DNA of 62,239 nucleotides, the filler included. It is 10 parts of 10 records of this genome, joined end to end, with 100 filler letters (N's around TTAATTAATTAA, not from the genome) between each part and the next. Parts side by side here need not be neighbours in the genome. Positions count along the whole stretch, not along the records: positions 1 to 26,174 come from SRR9188676_1961; positions 26,275 to 31,118 come from SRR9188676_1972; 8 more parts are not named here. One strand, written 5' to 3'. A program made the translations under genes and the position numbers. This document shows, piece after piece, positions 18,385-30,000 of the stretch. The notes under the pieces were generated by a model. The model was not told the DNA's origin and did no database searches. It saw nothing but the letters and a program-made list of their open reading frames with translations. Numbering within the stretch: the stretch's first letter is position 1; each line of letters starts with the position of its first letter.

Positions 18385-18816
18385 ATGCAAAAAAAAGAAC
18401 TTCAAATTGAGATACTTAAAGTATTAAAAAATTTGAGGACGCAAAATATTATCTGGTTTTATGTGGGACCTCTATTTTATTTAGCTTGGATTATTTTCTT
18501 TTTTTGGAGATACCAAGATGAAGAACTTTTGAACCGTATATTAATAATGCTATTTCCATTTATAGTAACTATTTTAAGTATTTATGGGGACATACGAACC
18601 AATAAAGAACTGAAAAAATTAATTATATCAATTACGGAGGATGACAAATATTTTGTTTTTGATATGCTTGATGGAAAAGTAATGAAAGTATTAAAAGAAA
18701 AAGTATTAATTCGAGAAAGTAACTGGCTACTTCACATTAAACAAAAATACCCCGCAGTAAAGGAGTATATAGATATGACAGATAATAAGGAATATATATG
18801 GATTGAATCTCTTTAA
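18385..18816 (+). CDS. Hypothetical membrane protein with two TM helices, very AT-rich
   Basis: 143 aa ORF filling the intergenic gap; two hydrophobic segments. Confidence 0.65.
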   Translation: MQKKELQIEILKVLKNLRTQNIIWFYVGPLFYLAWIIFFFWRYQDEELLNRILIMLFPFIVTILSIYGDIRTNKELKKLIISITEDDKYFVFDMLDGKVMKVLKEKVLIRESNWLLHIKQKYPAVKEYIDMTDNKEYIWIESL

Positions 18817-18836
18817 TTAAAAACAAAGCTAATACT

Positions 18837-18888
18837 GGTCGTAGGCTTTCCTACGACCCAAAAAGCCAAAAGAGCGTCTCGCTCGTGA
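18837..18888. repeat. REP-like hairpin remnants
   Basis: GGTCGTAGG-CTTT-CCTACGACC and GAGCGTCTCGCTCGTGA between convergent genes. Confidence 0.55.
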
Positions 18889-18899
18889 ACTTATTGCAC

Positions 18900-21275
18900 T
18901 CACTCTGTCTCTTCACTTGCAGAATTGTCTCTATTTCGGCGTTTACGGACATATTTTTCGTTACCAAATCTATAGCTGAATGCTAAACCAATTCGCTGAG
19001 TATCGTTTATATTAACCCTATTTTGATAAATATTCTGAAAGTTTTCTATCCTTTCTCGATAAGTATCTGAATGAAAAATATCGTTGATATTCAATTTTAT
19101 CGCTCCTTTGTCTTTCAAAATCTTTTTTTGCATCGAATAGTAAACAGATACCCGAGCTAACACTGTTGTAGGATAAATTCTTTCTTCCGTTTTGTACTGA
19201 GCAGAAAGTTCACTTGACCAGCCCTTCCCAAAACTAATTTGTTGATTGGTAGATACTCTTCCAGTAAAAAACACGGTATGATTTGTTTCTCCGTTTATGT
19301 TACTTTTAATGTCGAATCGAGCCACTTGAAAATACAATGTTGAGCTTAGCCATTTAGTAGGTTGTAGTGTTAAATTGTGATTAATAAATATTCTGTTGCC
19401 AATGCCCGTATTAAATGGCTTTCGGATAAATGTTTCACCTTCTCTGATAGTAACTTCACCAAGAATTCCATCCGCACCATCGTAGCCAAAACCTAGTGTA
19501 TAAATAGATTTATATTGATACTTAAAACGCACTAAATTCAAATAAAAGGGCTGTAAATCTGGATTACCTTGAGTATAATTGTAGGCATCGACATAATTTA
19601 GGAATGGGTTAAAATGTTGATAATTAGGTCTGTTTACTCTTCTTGTAAAATTAAAACTAAGGTTGTGATTTTTTAAACTGTCTAAGTTATAACTTAAAAA
19701 TACACTAGGAAAAAGATTGGTGAAATTTTGATTAAATCGCTGATATGCAACACTTTCGTTTGCTAATAATTCTCCCAAAATATTGGTGTTTTCTGCTCTC
19801 AAACCCATTTGTAAACTCAACTTCTTATTGATTGATTTTCTAAAATTTACATATCCTGCATTTATATTTTCATGATATATAAAGTGATTACTCCTGCTGT
19901 AAATGATTGCGGAGAACTCATCCCTAAAAAGTGCATCGTTATCGTTTTTTACAAAACTCGCTTTTAGACCACTTTCTAAATTAGCTCCTTTGCCCAATGG
20001 CAATAAATAGTCTGTTTTGAAGTTATAGATATTAATATTACTTGATAATTTATTGTCAAAAAGCACATTTTCAGTAACTCTATTAAAATTTCGTAAGCCT
20101 CCAGACTGATAGTTTAATATGTTCAAATCTCCAGATAACTCATGTCCTTTACTATTGAATTTATGGTTAAAGTTTAAATTGGCAGACTTTGAATTCCAAT
20201 CAATTTTACCACTATTATTGCCTTTGAATGCTTGAGTAGCTGTAGTATTTACGTAGTTTGCATCGTCTGAACGGGGTCTATTTTGTAAAAAAAACTGCAC
20301 GCCCAAAATAGTTTTTTCATTCAAAGTAAAGTCCGCCCCAAACCTTCCACTGAGGCTATTAGATTTATAATCGCTGTAGTTTTTCGATTGAATATTGGCA
20401 ATGCTTATTTTTTCATCATTAAAAATGGTCCTTTGTGAAGTTTCTTCTGTGTAGTCCTGGTCTAAACTCTGGTCTATTCCCCAAAACCAATTGATTTTCT
20501 GGCGGTTAAGATTAAAGTTTACACTATTATTAACTCTCAGTTTTTGCCCCATCGACATGCCCGAAGATAGGTTACCCGTTAAACCTCTTGCTTTGTTTTT
20601 CTTTAAAATAATATTGATGATAGAAGACCCAGCGGCATCATATTTTGCAGGTGGATTATCCATCAGTTCAAGTTTATCTAATAAACCGCCTGGTAAAGAT
20701 TTAAGATAGGCTATCAAATCTGTCCCGCTCATGTAAGTACTGCGACCATCAATCAAAACCATTGCTCCGCTTTTTCCATAGAGGTTAATATTTCCTTGAG
20801 CGTCCACTGATATCCCGGGTGTTTTTTCCAGAACTTCAAGGGTATTACTGGACGCTGCCGATATCATCGTTCCTACATTTACAATCGTTTTGTCTATTTC
20901 TTGCTCAATTAGCGGTTTTTTAGCACTAACTACTACCTCATTTAAAGCAATACTCTTGGCAGGCAAAAGGATGATAACGGGCAATTCCACCTTGGTTTGT
21001 TGTTCATTCAATGTTTTTTTTACACTTGTATATTTTAAAAAACCCATTGAAGTGATTACTAAAAAATAACTGCCACTTGATAAGTTTTGTAAAAGGAAAT
21101 TTCCATTTATATCAGTAATTCCTCCTTTCACAAAACTTGAATCGCTACTTTTCATAAGTTTAACAGTAGCACCAATCACCGATTCATTTTGAGTATCTTT
21201 GATACTCCCGACTATGCTTTTATTTTGAGCCAATATTTGACCTGATAGGATTAGTAATAGAAATAGTTTTTTCAT
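18900..21275 (-). CDS. Outer-membrane beta-barrel / TonB-dependent receptor-like protein
   Basis: 791 aa; signal peptide, LNEVVVSAKKP, NPPAKYDAAG, GNPDLQP, C-terminal FSYRFG. Confidence 0.88.
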   Translation of the reverse strand: MKKLFLLLILSGQILAQNKSIVGSIKDTQNESVIGATVKLMKSSDSSFVKGGITDINGNFLLQNLSSGSYFLVITSMGFLKYTSVKKTLNEQQTKVELPVIILLPAKSIALNEVVVSAKKPLIEQEIDKTIVNVGTMISAASSNTLEVLEKTPGISVDAQGNINLYGKSGAMVLIDGRSTYMSGTDLIAYLKSLPGGLLDKLELMDNPPAKYDAAGSSIINIILKKNKARGLTGNLSSGMSMGQKLRVNNSVNFNLNRQKINWFWGIDQSLDQDYTEETSQRTIFNDEKISIANIQSKNYSDYKSNSLSGRFGADFTLNEKTILGVQFFLQNRPRSDDANYVNTTATQAFKGNNSGKIDWNSKSANLNFNHKFNSKGHELSGDLNILNYQSGGLRNFNRVTENVLFDNKLSSNINIYNFKTDYLLPLGKGANLESGLKASFVKNDNDALFRDEFSAIIYSRSNHFIYHENINAGYVNFRKSINKKLSLQMGLRAENTNILGELLANESVAYQRFNQNFTNLFPSVFLSYNLDSLKNHNLSFNFTRRVNRPNYQHFNPFLNYVDAYNYTQGNPDLQPFYLNLVRFKYQYKSIYTLGFGYDGADGILGEVTIREGETFIRKPFNTGIGNRIFINHNLTLQPTKWLSSTLYFQVARFDIKSNINGETNHTVFFTGRVSTNQQISFGKGWSSELSAQYKTEERIYPTTVLARVSVYYSMQKKILKDKGAIKLNINDIFHSDTYRERIENFQNIYQNRVNINDTQRIGLAFSYRFGNEKYVRKRRNRDNSASEETE

Positions 21276-21327
21276 AATTGTTTTTTTGACAAAGTTTGTT
21301 TTCCTGAAATAGCCCAGAAAATAAGTC

Positions 21328-21376
21328 TGACAGAAATCAATTTTGAAATGATAAACACGGCAAAAGGACTGACAAA
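21328..21376 (-). promoter_or_regulatory. Three direct repeats at 21-bp spacing; putative LytTR sites
   Basis: TGACAGA at 21328, TGATAAA at 21349, TGACAAA at 21370. Confidence 0.65.
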
Positions 21377-21480
21377 GGTTTTAACAGGTTTAAATGCGGT
21401 TTCGTCAGTCAAATAATGGGGTCTGAAATCAATAATTTTTATTATAATTGAGGCTATTCAATTTTGCACAAAAAAACAAA

Positions 21481-22509
21481 ATGAGCTTTGTAGAAAAAAT
21501 ATTTGGAAAAGAAGCCGTTAAAATCGGCAATTATTTAGGGCTATCTTTTATAGCTGCAATGCTCCTGTTTACCGTCTTTATGGCATTTGCAGATATTTTT
21601 TTCAAGAATAATGACGACGAAATAGCCTTAATGTCAACTATTTTGTTGTTGATTGGTGTATTTGTAGGTCGTTTTTTGGCCAGTTTATGGCAAAGAAAGC
21701 ATATCAGTAATTGGGTATTTATTGTGCTGATTGGGTTGACTTTCGCCCTGATAGTATCTTTAATGCCCATTATAGACACCCTTATCACTCATCAAGAATT
21801 CTTAGTTGTCGCTATAGCATTGGTTATCTATTTTGTTATAAGTGTATTGATTGGCATACTCATAAAACTGATACGTATGCGTACTGAATATACATTATAC
21901 CTCGCAAACTCAACAGTTTTGCATAGTCAATCCGAATTACAGCTTCTTCAGTCTCAACTAAGTCCACATTTTTTGTTTAATACTTTGAATAATCTGTACG
22001 GTTTGTCATTAACTGACCATCAAAAAATACCAAATTTGTTGCTGAAACTATCAGATTTATTGAGGTATTCGGTGTATGATGCCAAAGATATTTTGGTGCC
22101 ACTACCAGAAGAGATTAACTATATAAAAAACTACATTGATTTTGAAAAAATACGTTTAGGGGAACGTCTCAACTTGAAAACAGACTTTGAAGAGAGCAAC
22201 CCTCAAAAATCTTTCAAAATAGCTCCTATGTTGTTGATTGTTTTTGTAGAAAATGCTTTTAAGCACTCAAAAAACAGTCTCGATAATGTGATAAATATAG
22301 AAATAAGCCTAAAAACATGGGGGAATTCAATACTATTTTCGGTAGTAAACTCTCATAATAATATGTACAATGACAAACAAAAACATAGTGGGTTTGGACT
22401 AGACAATGTAAGAAAAAGGTTGGATTTGATATATAAAGGTGAGTATGATTTGGAAATTAACGAGACGACAACTAGCTACGAAGTAAAACTCAGGATAAAT
22501 GGAAAATAA
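21481..22509 (+). CDS. LytS-type membrane sensor histidine kinase
   Basis: N-terminal TM helices; LQSQLSPHFLFNTLNN, FVENAFKH, GFGLDNV. Confidence 0.92.
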   Translation: MSFVEKIFGKEAVKIGNYLGLSFIAAMLLFTVFMAFADIFFKNNDDEIALMSTILLLIGVFVGRFLASLWQRKHISNWVFIVLIGLTFALIVSLMPIIDTLITHQEFLVVAIALVIYFVISVLIGILIKLIRMRTEYTLYLANSTVLHSQSELQLLQSQLSPHFLFNTLNNLYGLSLTDHQKIPNLLLKLSDLLRYSVYDAKDILVPLPEEINYIKNYIDFEKIRLGERLNLKTDFEESNPQKSFKIAPMLLIVFVENAFKHSKNSLDNVINIEISLKTWGNSILFSVVNSHNNMYNDKQKHSGFGLDNVRKRLDLIYKGEYDLEINETTTSYEVKLRINGK

Positions 22510-23218
22510 AATAACCTGTCTCATTGTAGATGATGAACCTATAGCCAGACAAATTATAGAAAAATACTGTTCTCATTTGCCTGAAATTGAGTTATTAGCA
22601 AGTTGTGAAAATGTTTTTGTGGCTAAGAAAGTATTAGAAAGTCAAGCGGTTGATTTACTTTTTTTGGACATTAATATGCCAGTTTTGGATGGGATAGCAT
22701 TTTTAAAAACACTCAAAAATCCACCGTCTGTAATATTTACCACGGCATACAAGGAATTCGCTCTTGATGCCTTTGACCTTTCGGCAATAGATTATTTGCT
22801 CAAACCTTTTTCTTTAGACAGATTTATTATTGCAGTTGATAAAGTCAAAGAAAAACTAGCGCTATTAAAACAGCCCTCAGCAAAATTGATAGAAGAAACC
22901 GCAGAAGATTTTACTTTTATCAAAGCTGATGGGAAAATACACAAAGTGGATTTTGGCAGTTTGCTCTATGCTGAGGCAAAAGGAAATAATGTACTAATTG
23001 TTTCCGAAAACCAGACTATTTTCCCAGTCATGACGTTTAGTGATTTTTTAGCATTATTGCCTAATCAAAATTTCCTAAGACTTCATCGGTCATTTGTGAT
23101 AAACAAGTCCAAAATAAGCCATGTTGAAGGAAACAGAGTATTTATTGGTAAAACAGAAATCCCCATCGGCGGAAATTACAGAGCAGAATTCTTGAAAAGC
23201 TTAGGGATTAGCAATTAA
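22499..23218 (+). CDS. LytTR family response regulator
   Basis: IVDDEPIA, FLDINMP, DYLLKPF, FLRLHRSFVIN. Confidence 0.93.
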   Translation: MENKITCLIVDDEPIARQIIEKYCSHLPEIELLASCENVFVAKKVLESQAVDLLFLDINMPVLDGIAFLKTLKNPPSVIFTTAYKEFALDAFDLSAIDYLLKPFSLDRFIIAVDKVKEKLALLKQPSAKLIEETAEDFTFIKADGKIHKVDFGSLLYAEAKGNNVLIVSENQTIFPVMTFSDFLALLPNQNFLRLHRSFVINKSKISHVEGNRVFIGKTEIPIGGNYRAEFLKSLGISN

Positions 23219-23316
23219 GAAGGAAAATGTCTAAAATACCTCTTTGCTTTAGCTTTTATTAAAGAAATCAACCACCCTGAAAGATAATTTTTGCCTTATA
23301 AAACAAAAAACTTACA

Positions 23317-24378
23317 ATGAGTTTTGGTGATAAAGTTTTATTCTTTTTTAGTACCTTGGGAGCATTTAACGGACTCATTATAGGTATTTATTATATATTT
23401 TTTTCATCCAAAAAATACCTATCTAATTATTTTTGGGGTGCTTTGTTAATGGTATTGAGCATCAGGATAGGAAAATCGGTTGCGTATTTCTTTGATTACA
23501 GTTTACCTAAAATATATCTACAGTTTGGATTGACTGCCTGTTTTTTTATAGGACCATTTTTATACTTCGTCATAAAATCAGAAATTAGCCAAATTAAAAA
23601 TTTACCAAAATCTTGGGGTTGGCAAATAATAACTTGGTTTTGCATAATTATAGTAGTAGGTGCTGTTTACCCATATCAAGGTTTTCCCAAGCTATGGGGT
23701 CGCTACATTGTTCCTATTATATATCTACAATGGGGCATTTACATCGCTTTTTCTTTCTTTTTATTAATTCCCCTTCTGAAAAAAATCACTCGAAAAGAAA
23801 GTTTAAAGCCTTTTGAAAAATGGATACTGACCATTTGTGCAGCGGTAATAATACTTTTTATATCTTACGTTTGGGCAATTTTAAACATTACTAAAGGCAG
23901 TTATATTAATGGGGCTGTGTATTTTTCAATTATCATTTATTTTGTAATATTTACATTACTTTACCGCAAAAAAACAAACGACCTGTCGTCTTTCTCCTCA
24001 CAAAAATATGCTGATAAAAAGCTAAATGATGAGGATGCTCAGCTAATAATACACAACCTAAGAAAAGTGATGACGGAGAAGGAACTCTTTAAAAATCCAA
24101 ATCTAAAAATTAATGACCTTGCCAAGGAAATCAATCTTTCGGGTCATCAATTATCCCAACTTTTAAATGATAATGTTGAGAAGAATTTCACTCTTTTTGT
24201 GAATGAATACCGAATCAACGAAGCCTGTAAGATATTATCAGAAAATACAAATTTAACGATAGATGCTATTGGCGATGAGGTAGGATTTAACGCTAAATCA
24301 ACTTTTTTTGCTACTTTCAAAAAAATAAAAGGTATGACTCCCAGTGCTTATCAGCAGTCAAATACTCCAGATTTATAA
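23317..24378 (+). CDS. Membrane-anchored AraC family regulator
   Basis: About 7 hydrophobic segments followed by an AraC HTH (FVNEYRI...VGFNAKSTFFATFKK). Confidence 0.9.
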   Translation: MSFGDKVLFFFSTLGAFNGLIIGIYYIFFSSKKYLSNYFWGALLMVLSIRIGKSVAYFFDYSLPKIYLQFGLTACFFIGPFLYFVIKSEISQIKNLPKSWGWQIITWFCIIIVVGAVYPYQGFPKLWGRYIVPIIYLQWGIYIAFSFFLLIPLLKKITRKESLKPFEKWILTICAAVIILFISYVWAILNITKGSYINGAVYFSIIIYFVIFTLLYRKKTNDLSSFSSQKYADKKLNDEDAQLIIHNLRKVMTEKELFKNPNLKINDLAKEINLSGHQLSQLLNDNVEKNFTLFVNEYRINEACKILSENTNLTIDAIGDEVGFNAKSTFFATFKKIKGMTPSAYQQSNTPDL

Positions 24379-24488
24379 AACCGTACTACTGAATTCAGGT
24401 TATTATACTCTCATCTTAAAAGTACATTGCATTTTTGAGAACCGAAATGAAATGGTTTCATTTTGATAATCAAAAAACACTTTTAAAA

Positions 24489-25997
24489 ATGAAAAAAATA
24501 ATCTTATTTATATGTTTAACTGCCAGTTTTTTTTCAGTATTTTCCCAACACAGCCCCACCGAAAGGCAATTGATAGAAAGTAAGATACAACTATATTTTG
24601 ATGGGTGGGCAACAGGTGATAGTACTAAAGTGAGTAAAGCTATGCACGCTTCGTGTCATCTGAAAAATTATAGTAATGGAAAATTTACTGAATTTACAAA
24701 AAATCAATACCTCGGTTTATTCAAACCTCATGCAAGACCAACAAACCTAAGCACCCGTATAGTTAGTATAGATATTACGAATAATATGGGCAGTGCAAAA
24801 ATTGAAATCAGTACTGCAAGAGATTTGTTTACCGACTATTTCAACCTCATGAAAACTAATGAGGGATGGGTTATTGCCGATAAAGTATCTACTCGAACAC
24901 CCCATAAAACCTTTGATATAAATGCTATTCGATTAGAAAAAGAAACTATTTTAGAAGGACTTAAACGACCTTGGAGCATGACTTTTATATCAGAAGATGA
25001 AGTTTTGATTTCAGAGAAAGAAGGTGATTTGATAAAAGTAAATTTATTAAATAAAGAAAAGACCAAGATTCAGGGCTTTCCTACAGACTTAGAAGATAGT
25101 CTTGGCAGTTTTGGAGATAACACTGGCAAATTTGAAGTGTTGCTCGACCCTGATTTTAAGACAAATAAATTCGTTTATCTATCTTATGCAGCCAAGTCTG
25201 CCAAAGGAAGAACCACCAAAATTATCAGAGCAGTACTCGAAAATGAGTCATTACAACAGATTAAGGTACTTTTTGTGGCAGAACCATATACTCATGAGCG
25301 GGTACATTATGGTGGAGGGATGCTTTTTGGGAATGATGGCAAACTATATTTTACCATTGGCGAACGACTATTTACCGAAAAAGATGAACCTGCTATACCA
25401 ATCGCTCAAAATATTGAAGATAAAAGAGGGAAAATTTACCGAATAAATTCTGATGGAACAATACCGAAAGATAATCCATATTTTGGAGAGAAAGCAATTC
25501 CTGGATTATACGCTACAGGTATAAGAGCGGCACAAGGCTTAACACTTGAAATCAACACCAACAAAATATGGTTTAGCGAGCATGGTACACATCAAGGAGA
25601 TGAAATAAATGTGCTAAAAGCAGGGGGCAATTATGGTTGGCCCATGAAAACAACAGGTAAATATCGTTTTGCAGAATTTGCACCAAAACCCATTCTCGGG
25701 AATATTTACACAGAGCCAGTTTGGTCATGGTTACAAACAGTAGCACCCACAGGTCTGCACTTTTATGTAGGTCAGGAATTTGCTGCTTGGAACCATAATT
25801 TATTAGTTGGCGGATTATCAAAGGGTAGTTTATGGCGATTAACTATTGAAAACGAAACGATAAAAAGTACAGAAGAACTATTTGTAAACGACCGATTAAG
25901 AATAAGGAAAGTGGTACAAAGCCCAATGGGTAAATTGTATATACTTTCTGATGAATTGAATGGTAAATTGATAAGAGTAAAAAACGGAGCTTTATAA
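24489..25997 (+). CDS. Secreted fusion of an NTF2-like (lumazine-binding-2) domain and a PQQ-dependent sugar dehydrogenase propeller
   Basis: Signal peptide; YFDGWATGD...FTDYFNLMKTNEGWVIADK; then PWSMTF, HYGG, GKIYRINSDG, SEHG, GDEIN, NYGWP. Confidence 0.85.
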   Translation: MKKIILFICLTASFFSVFSQHSPTERQLIESKIQLYFDGWATGDSTKVSKAMHASCHLKNYSNGKFTEFTKNQYLGLFKPHARPTNLSTRIVSIDITNNMGSAKIEISTARDLFTDYFNLMKTNEGWVIADKVSTRTPHKTFDINAIRLEKETILEGLKRPWSMTFISEDEVLISEKEGDLIKVNLLNKEKTKIQGFPTDLEDSLGSFGDNTGKFEVLLDPDFKTNKFVYLSYAAKSAKGRTTKIIRAVLENESLQQIKVLFVAEPYTHERVHYGGGMLFGNDGKLYFTIGERLFTEKDEPAIPIAQNIEDKRGKIYRINSDGTIPKDNPYFGEKAIPGLYATGIRAAQGLTLEINTNKIWFSEHGTHQGDEINVLKAGGNYGWPMKTTGKYRFAEFAPKPILGNIYTEPVWSWLQTVAPTGLHFYVGQEFAAWNHNLLVGGLSKGSLWRLTIENETIKSTEELFVNDRLRIRKVVQSPMGKLYILSDELNGKLIRVKNGAL

Positions 25998-26174
25998 AGT
26001 AATAAATAATTGGTCAATATTGGAGTCTAACATAGTCGTAAGCTTTCAGCAATTTACGACATTGAGTATAATCTACGACCAGTATGAGCTCTCAGAAACC
26101 AATAGTAATTTTCCTGCTAAGCCAATTCATCTTTCTGACAGCCAAATCTATCTAAAAGAACCATCAATCCATCT

Positions 26175-26274
26175 NNNNNNNNNNNNNNNNNNNNNNNNNN
26201 NNNNNNNNNNNNNNNNNNTTAATTAATTAANNNNNNNNNNNNNNNNNNNNNNNNNNNNNNNNNNNNNNNNNNNN
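26175..26274. other. Artificial contig linker; bacterium/eukaryote boundary
   Basis: N-run, TTAATTAATTAA (stops in six frames), N-run. Identical linkers at 31119-31218, 35755-35854, 42432-42531, 45609-45708, 49136-49235, 51750-51849, 54200-54299, 57962-58061. Confidence 0.98.
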
Positions 26275-27203
26275 AAAAAAAAAAAAAAAAAAAAAAAGAA
26301 TAAAGTATTAAGAAATTTTGTATCCGAAATTCGGGAAGCGTTCCACATCTGAAAAATGACTCATTGTCAAAGGGTATCTTTCTATTCTGGTCACTATTTG
26401 AAGCAAATCTTTTTCTTTCCTGCACTGTTGTCGATTTTTCTTGTCCTCGTGGACTCCGCTCACACAGTAGCGAAACGCTTCCTGCCGAACTTTGCGAGTG
26501 CATGCATGTTATTGCTCTCGAGCCAGATCCAAAGGTGCCAGTACGAGACTGTGAAAAACATCAGAAGGTGAGAGATAGGGACATGAGGAGAGATCGGCGA
26601 CCGACAGGTATCCTATAAATGTATCAACACATAGAATGATTGCGAGGGCCTCGAAGGCGACGACACTATCCAGTTAGAAGCAGACTTGGGAGAGCGTCTC
26701 TTGAACCCCGCTAAATAGCAGGGTGATTTAGGTTTAGATCGATTTCGATTTGCGGTGACCCAAATATGTACATCCATGACGCACTGATCGGATAGAAAGC
26801 CAAAAATGGATAGAACATCCAGAACAACACAAGGTGTCATTCTGCGATCAGTACAGGAAACTAGACAATCTTCTTTCTGCATTTCTTGAGATATTGCAGG
26901 TGGGGTCCACTTAATAATGCCGAGGCATCCAGTTCTCATGAGGTTTTGCGATGCAAGACTGCACTTCGCAAGTGTGTGAGAGTGCGGTTTGCACCGATGT
27001 TCTCTCATTCCATTTCAGTATCAGCTTCTTAATAGAAAGATATAATGATCTCCAAGTGAATAAAAACCTCACGGCTTCCGAAAGTGCGCCCTCAACGATG
27101 AATAAAAGTTTTTTTTTTTTTTTTTTTTCAAGGAAAGGTTCTGGGTAAATTCGTCCCGTTCCGACGCATATTTTTTTTCTGTGGATGGGATGGCGAGAAT
27201 TAC

Positions 27204-28368
27204 CTGAAGAGAGTAGGCTGCAATTTTGTTGGCGATACCAATGCCTCGTCCCTCTTGCTGCAGGTAGATAACCATTCCAGGGCCGCTTGTTTGGATATAG
27301 TCGAGCGCAAAGTCAAGCTGCTCCTTACAATCGCACTTGAATGATCCTACAGAGCAAAATAAGGAGAAGATGATCAGGAAGAGAAAATGAGCAAACGAAA
27401 AAAAGAGAGAACCAAGTATGTTTCTAAGGCATTCGCTTCTCGACAGATAAATTGGGATTGACATGTTATCGAAACAATGGTCAAGTCACATATGATCACC
27501 CATTAGAGCAGTCAGGCCAGATTTTATCACATGTCGATACCCTATCCATGCACAGCGACGACTGAAATCAAAATCAACTGACTTGCTTTTCTGCTGGATT
27601 AAGATGAGCTGCATAATACAGTATTGATTCTTTGCCTTCCTTCTTCTTACCACGAATACGATTTTAAGTCCACGAATTTAACCAGAAAATTGATTTTGAG
27701 ATTTTTCTCAACAGAGCGAATCGAACAGGCATCCGCATAGATTGTTAAGGGGATGCTCAAACTCATTCGATGAAATACTTGAGATGGTGGAAAATGAGCT
27801 CGTGGAGTTTGAATCCGGAACAATTTCGCTTCCGATTTGAATGTGGAAACGCAACATGTTGAGATAGATAGAGAGAGATGTGTCACAAACTCGATGATTT
27901 CAAACACAATAGACCCAAGCCAGAGTGCAGATTACGAGACGTAGGCGCACTCTTCGAAACGCAGATACAGCCAATGGATGGTTATCGAATTGCTCATCAA
28001 GCAGATTCACGCACATTGCGTACATATACAACAATGATCGAGCATGTAAATAATATATAGTTTCTCGACGTACCAAGCACCTCTGAAGTGAAGCAGGCAT
28101 CATGAACTCGAACAGGTACACCCTCCATATTTTCAACATTCCCCCAGATAATTGCAAGCGGTTCAGAATTATCTGGAGAATGTCGATATGCTCGAATACG
28201 ATAGAACCCTACAGGAATCAATAAGTACACCTCGGAAAACAAAGTTACATCGGTTGATGCACCTCGATGAGTTGGAAGCATAGTCTCTGCGACAAATGTC
28301 GTTCGTACAGCGCCACCCCAACCGATCACTGGACCAGACATCTGGCGATATCCGCTCGTTGCTTCCAT
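27204..28368 (-). CDS. ribA: GTP cyclohydrolase II, spliced, 3' part not found, 5' end uncertain
   Basis: Exons 28368-28263, 28208-28074, 27346-27204 join as ...[26 protein letters not shown]...[21 protein letters not shown]; three Zn-ligand Cys present. Confidence 0.88.
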
Positions 28369-28957
28369 CACTGCTCAAAGTCGAGGACAAGCAGCAGAGA
28401 ATGGCACTCTACTTCCCCGATACAAGAAAAAGTTTACTTGCAAAACACCAAAAAAACACCAAAACCACACGTAACCACGTTCTTCCGAAAGTCGAAATAC
28501 ATTTCAATTCCAACTCAGTTTTCCATGGACAATACAACCATGACAGTTGCACACAGACAGTCGTCAGACACACTCTCTCCAGAGAGTGACTGCCATTGAG
28601 ACCCAAGATGTGAGAAATAGCTCGTCATTTTCAAGAAATTCAAGGCAAATCCCGGATTTATTATAGATAGGTAGGTGCACATTTAGTCCAAATGGAGTCC
28701 AAGTGGAGGAAAAAATGAGGAAGAGATAAACGTTCGAGAAAACAAAAACAAAAGTGAGATAGCAGGAAGGTATGTGAATAAGTAGTACTAATGTAAGTAT
28801 CGACTTTCTAGCATAAGTAAAGAGTAAAGTTCGAAAGAGACTGAGAGTGTTGAAGAAAGATGAGTATGATATTCACAGGGATAGAGTCAATTTTCGTGGA
28901 TCATACTCGTCACTCTGGTGGGAAATTAAATAATGCATAAAAATAACAGCTTGTCAT

Positions 28958-30000
<1,043 letters not shown>

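Noticed and set aside
25998..26174. Possible transposase remnant at the end of the bacterial contig
   Set aside because: No intact frame, terminal repeat or recognisable motif
26219..26230. Recurrent TTAATTAATTAA palindrome as a biological repeat
   Set aside because: Always centred in a 100-nt N block; it is a six-frame-stop assembly linker
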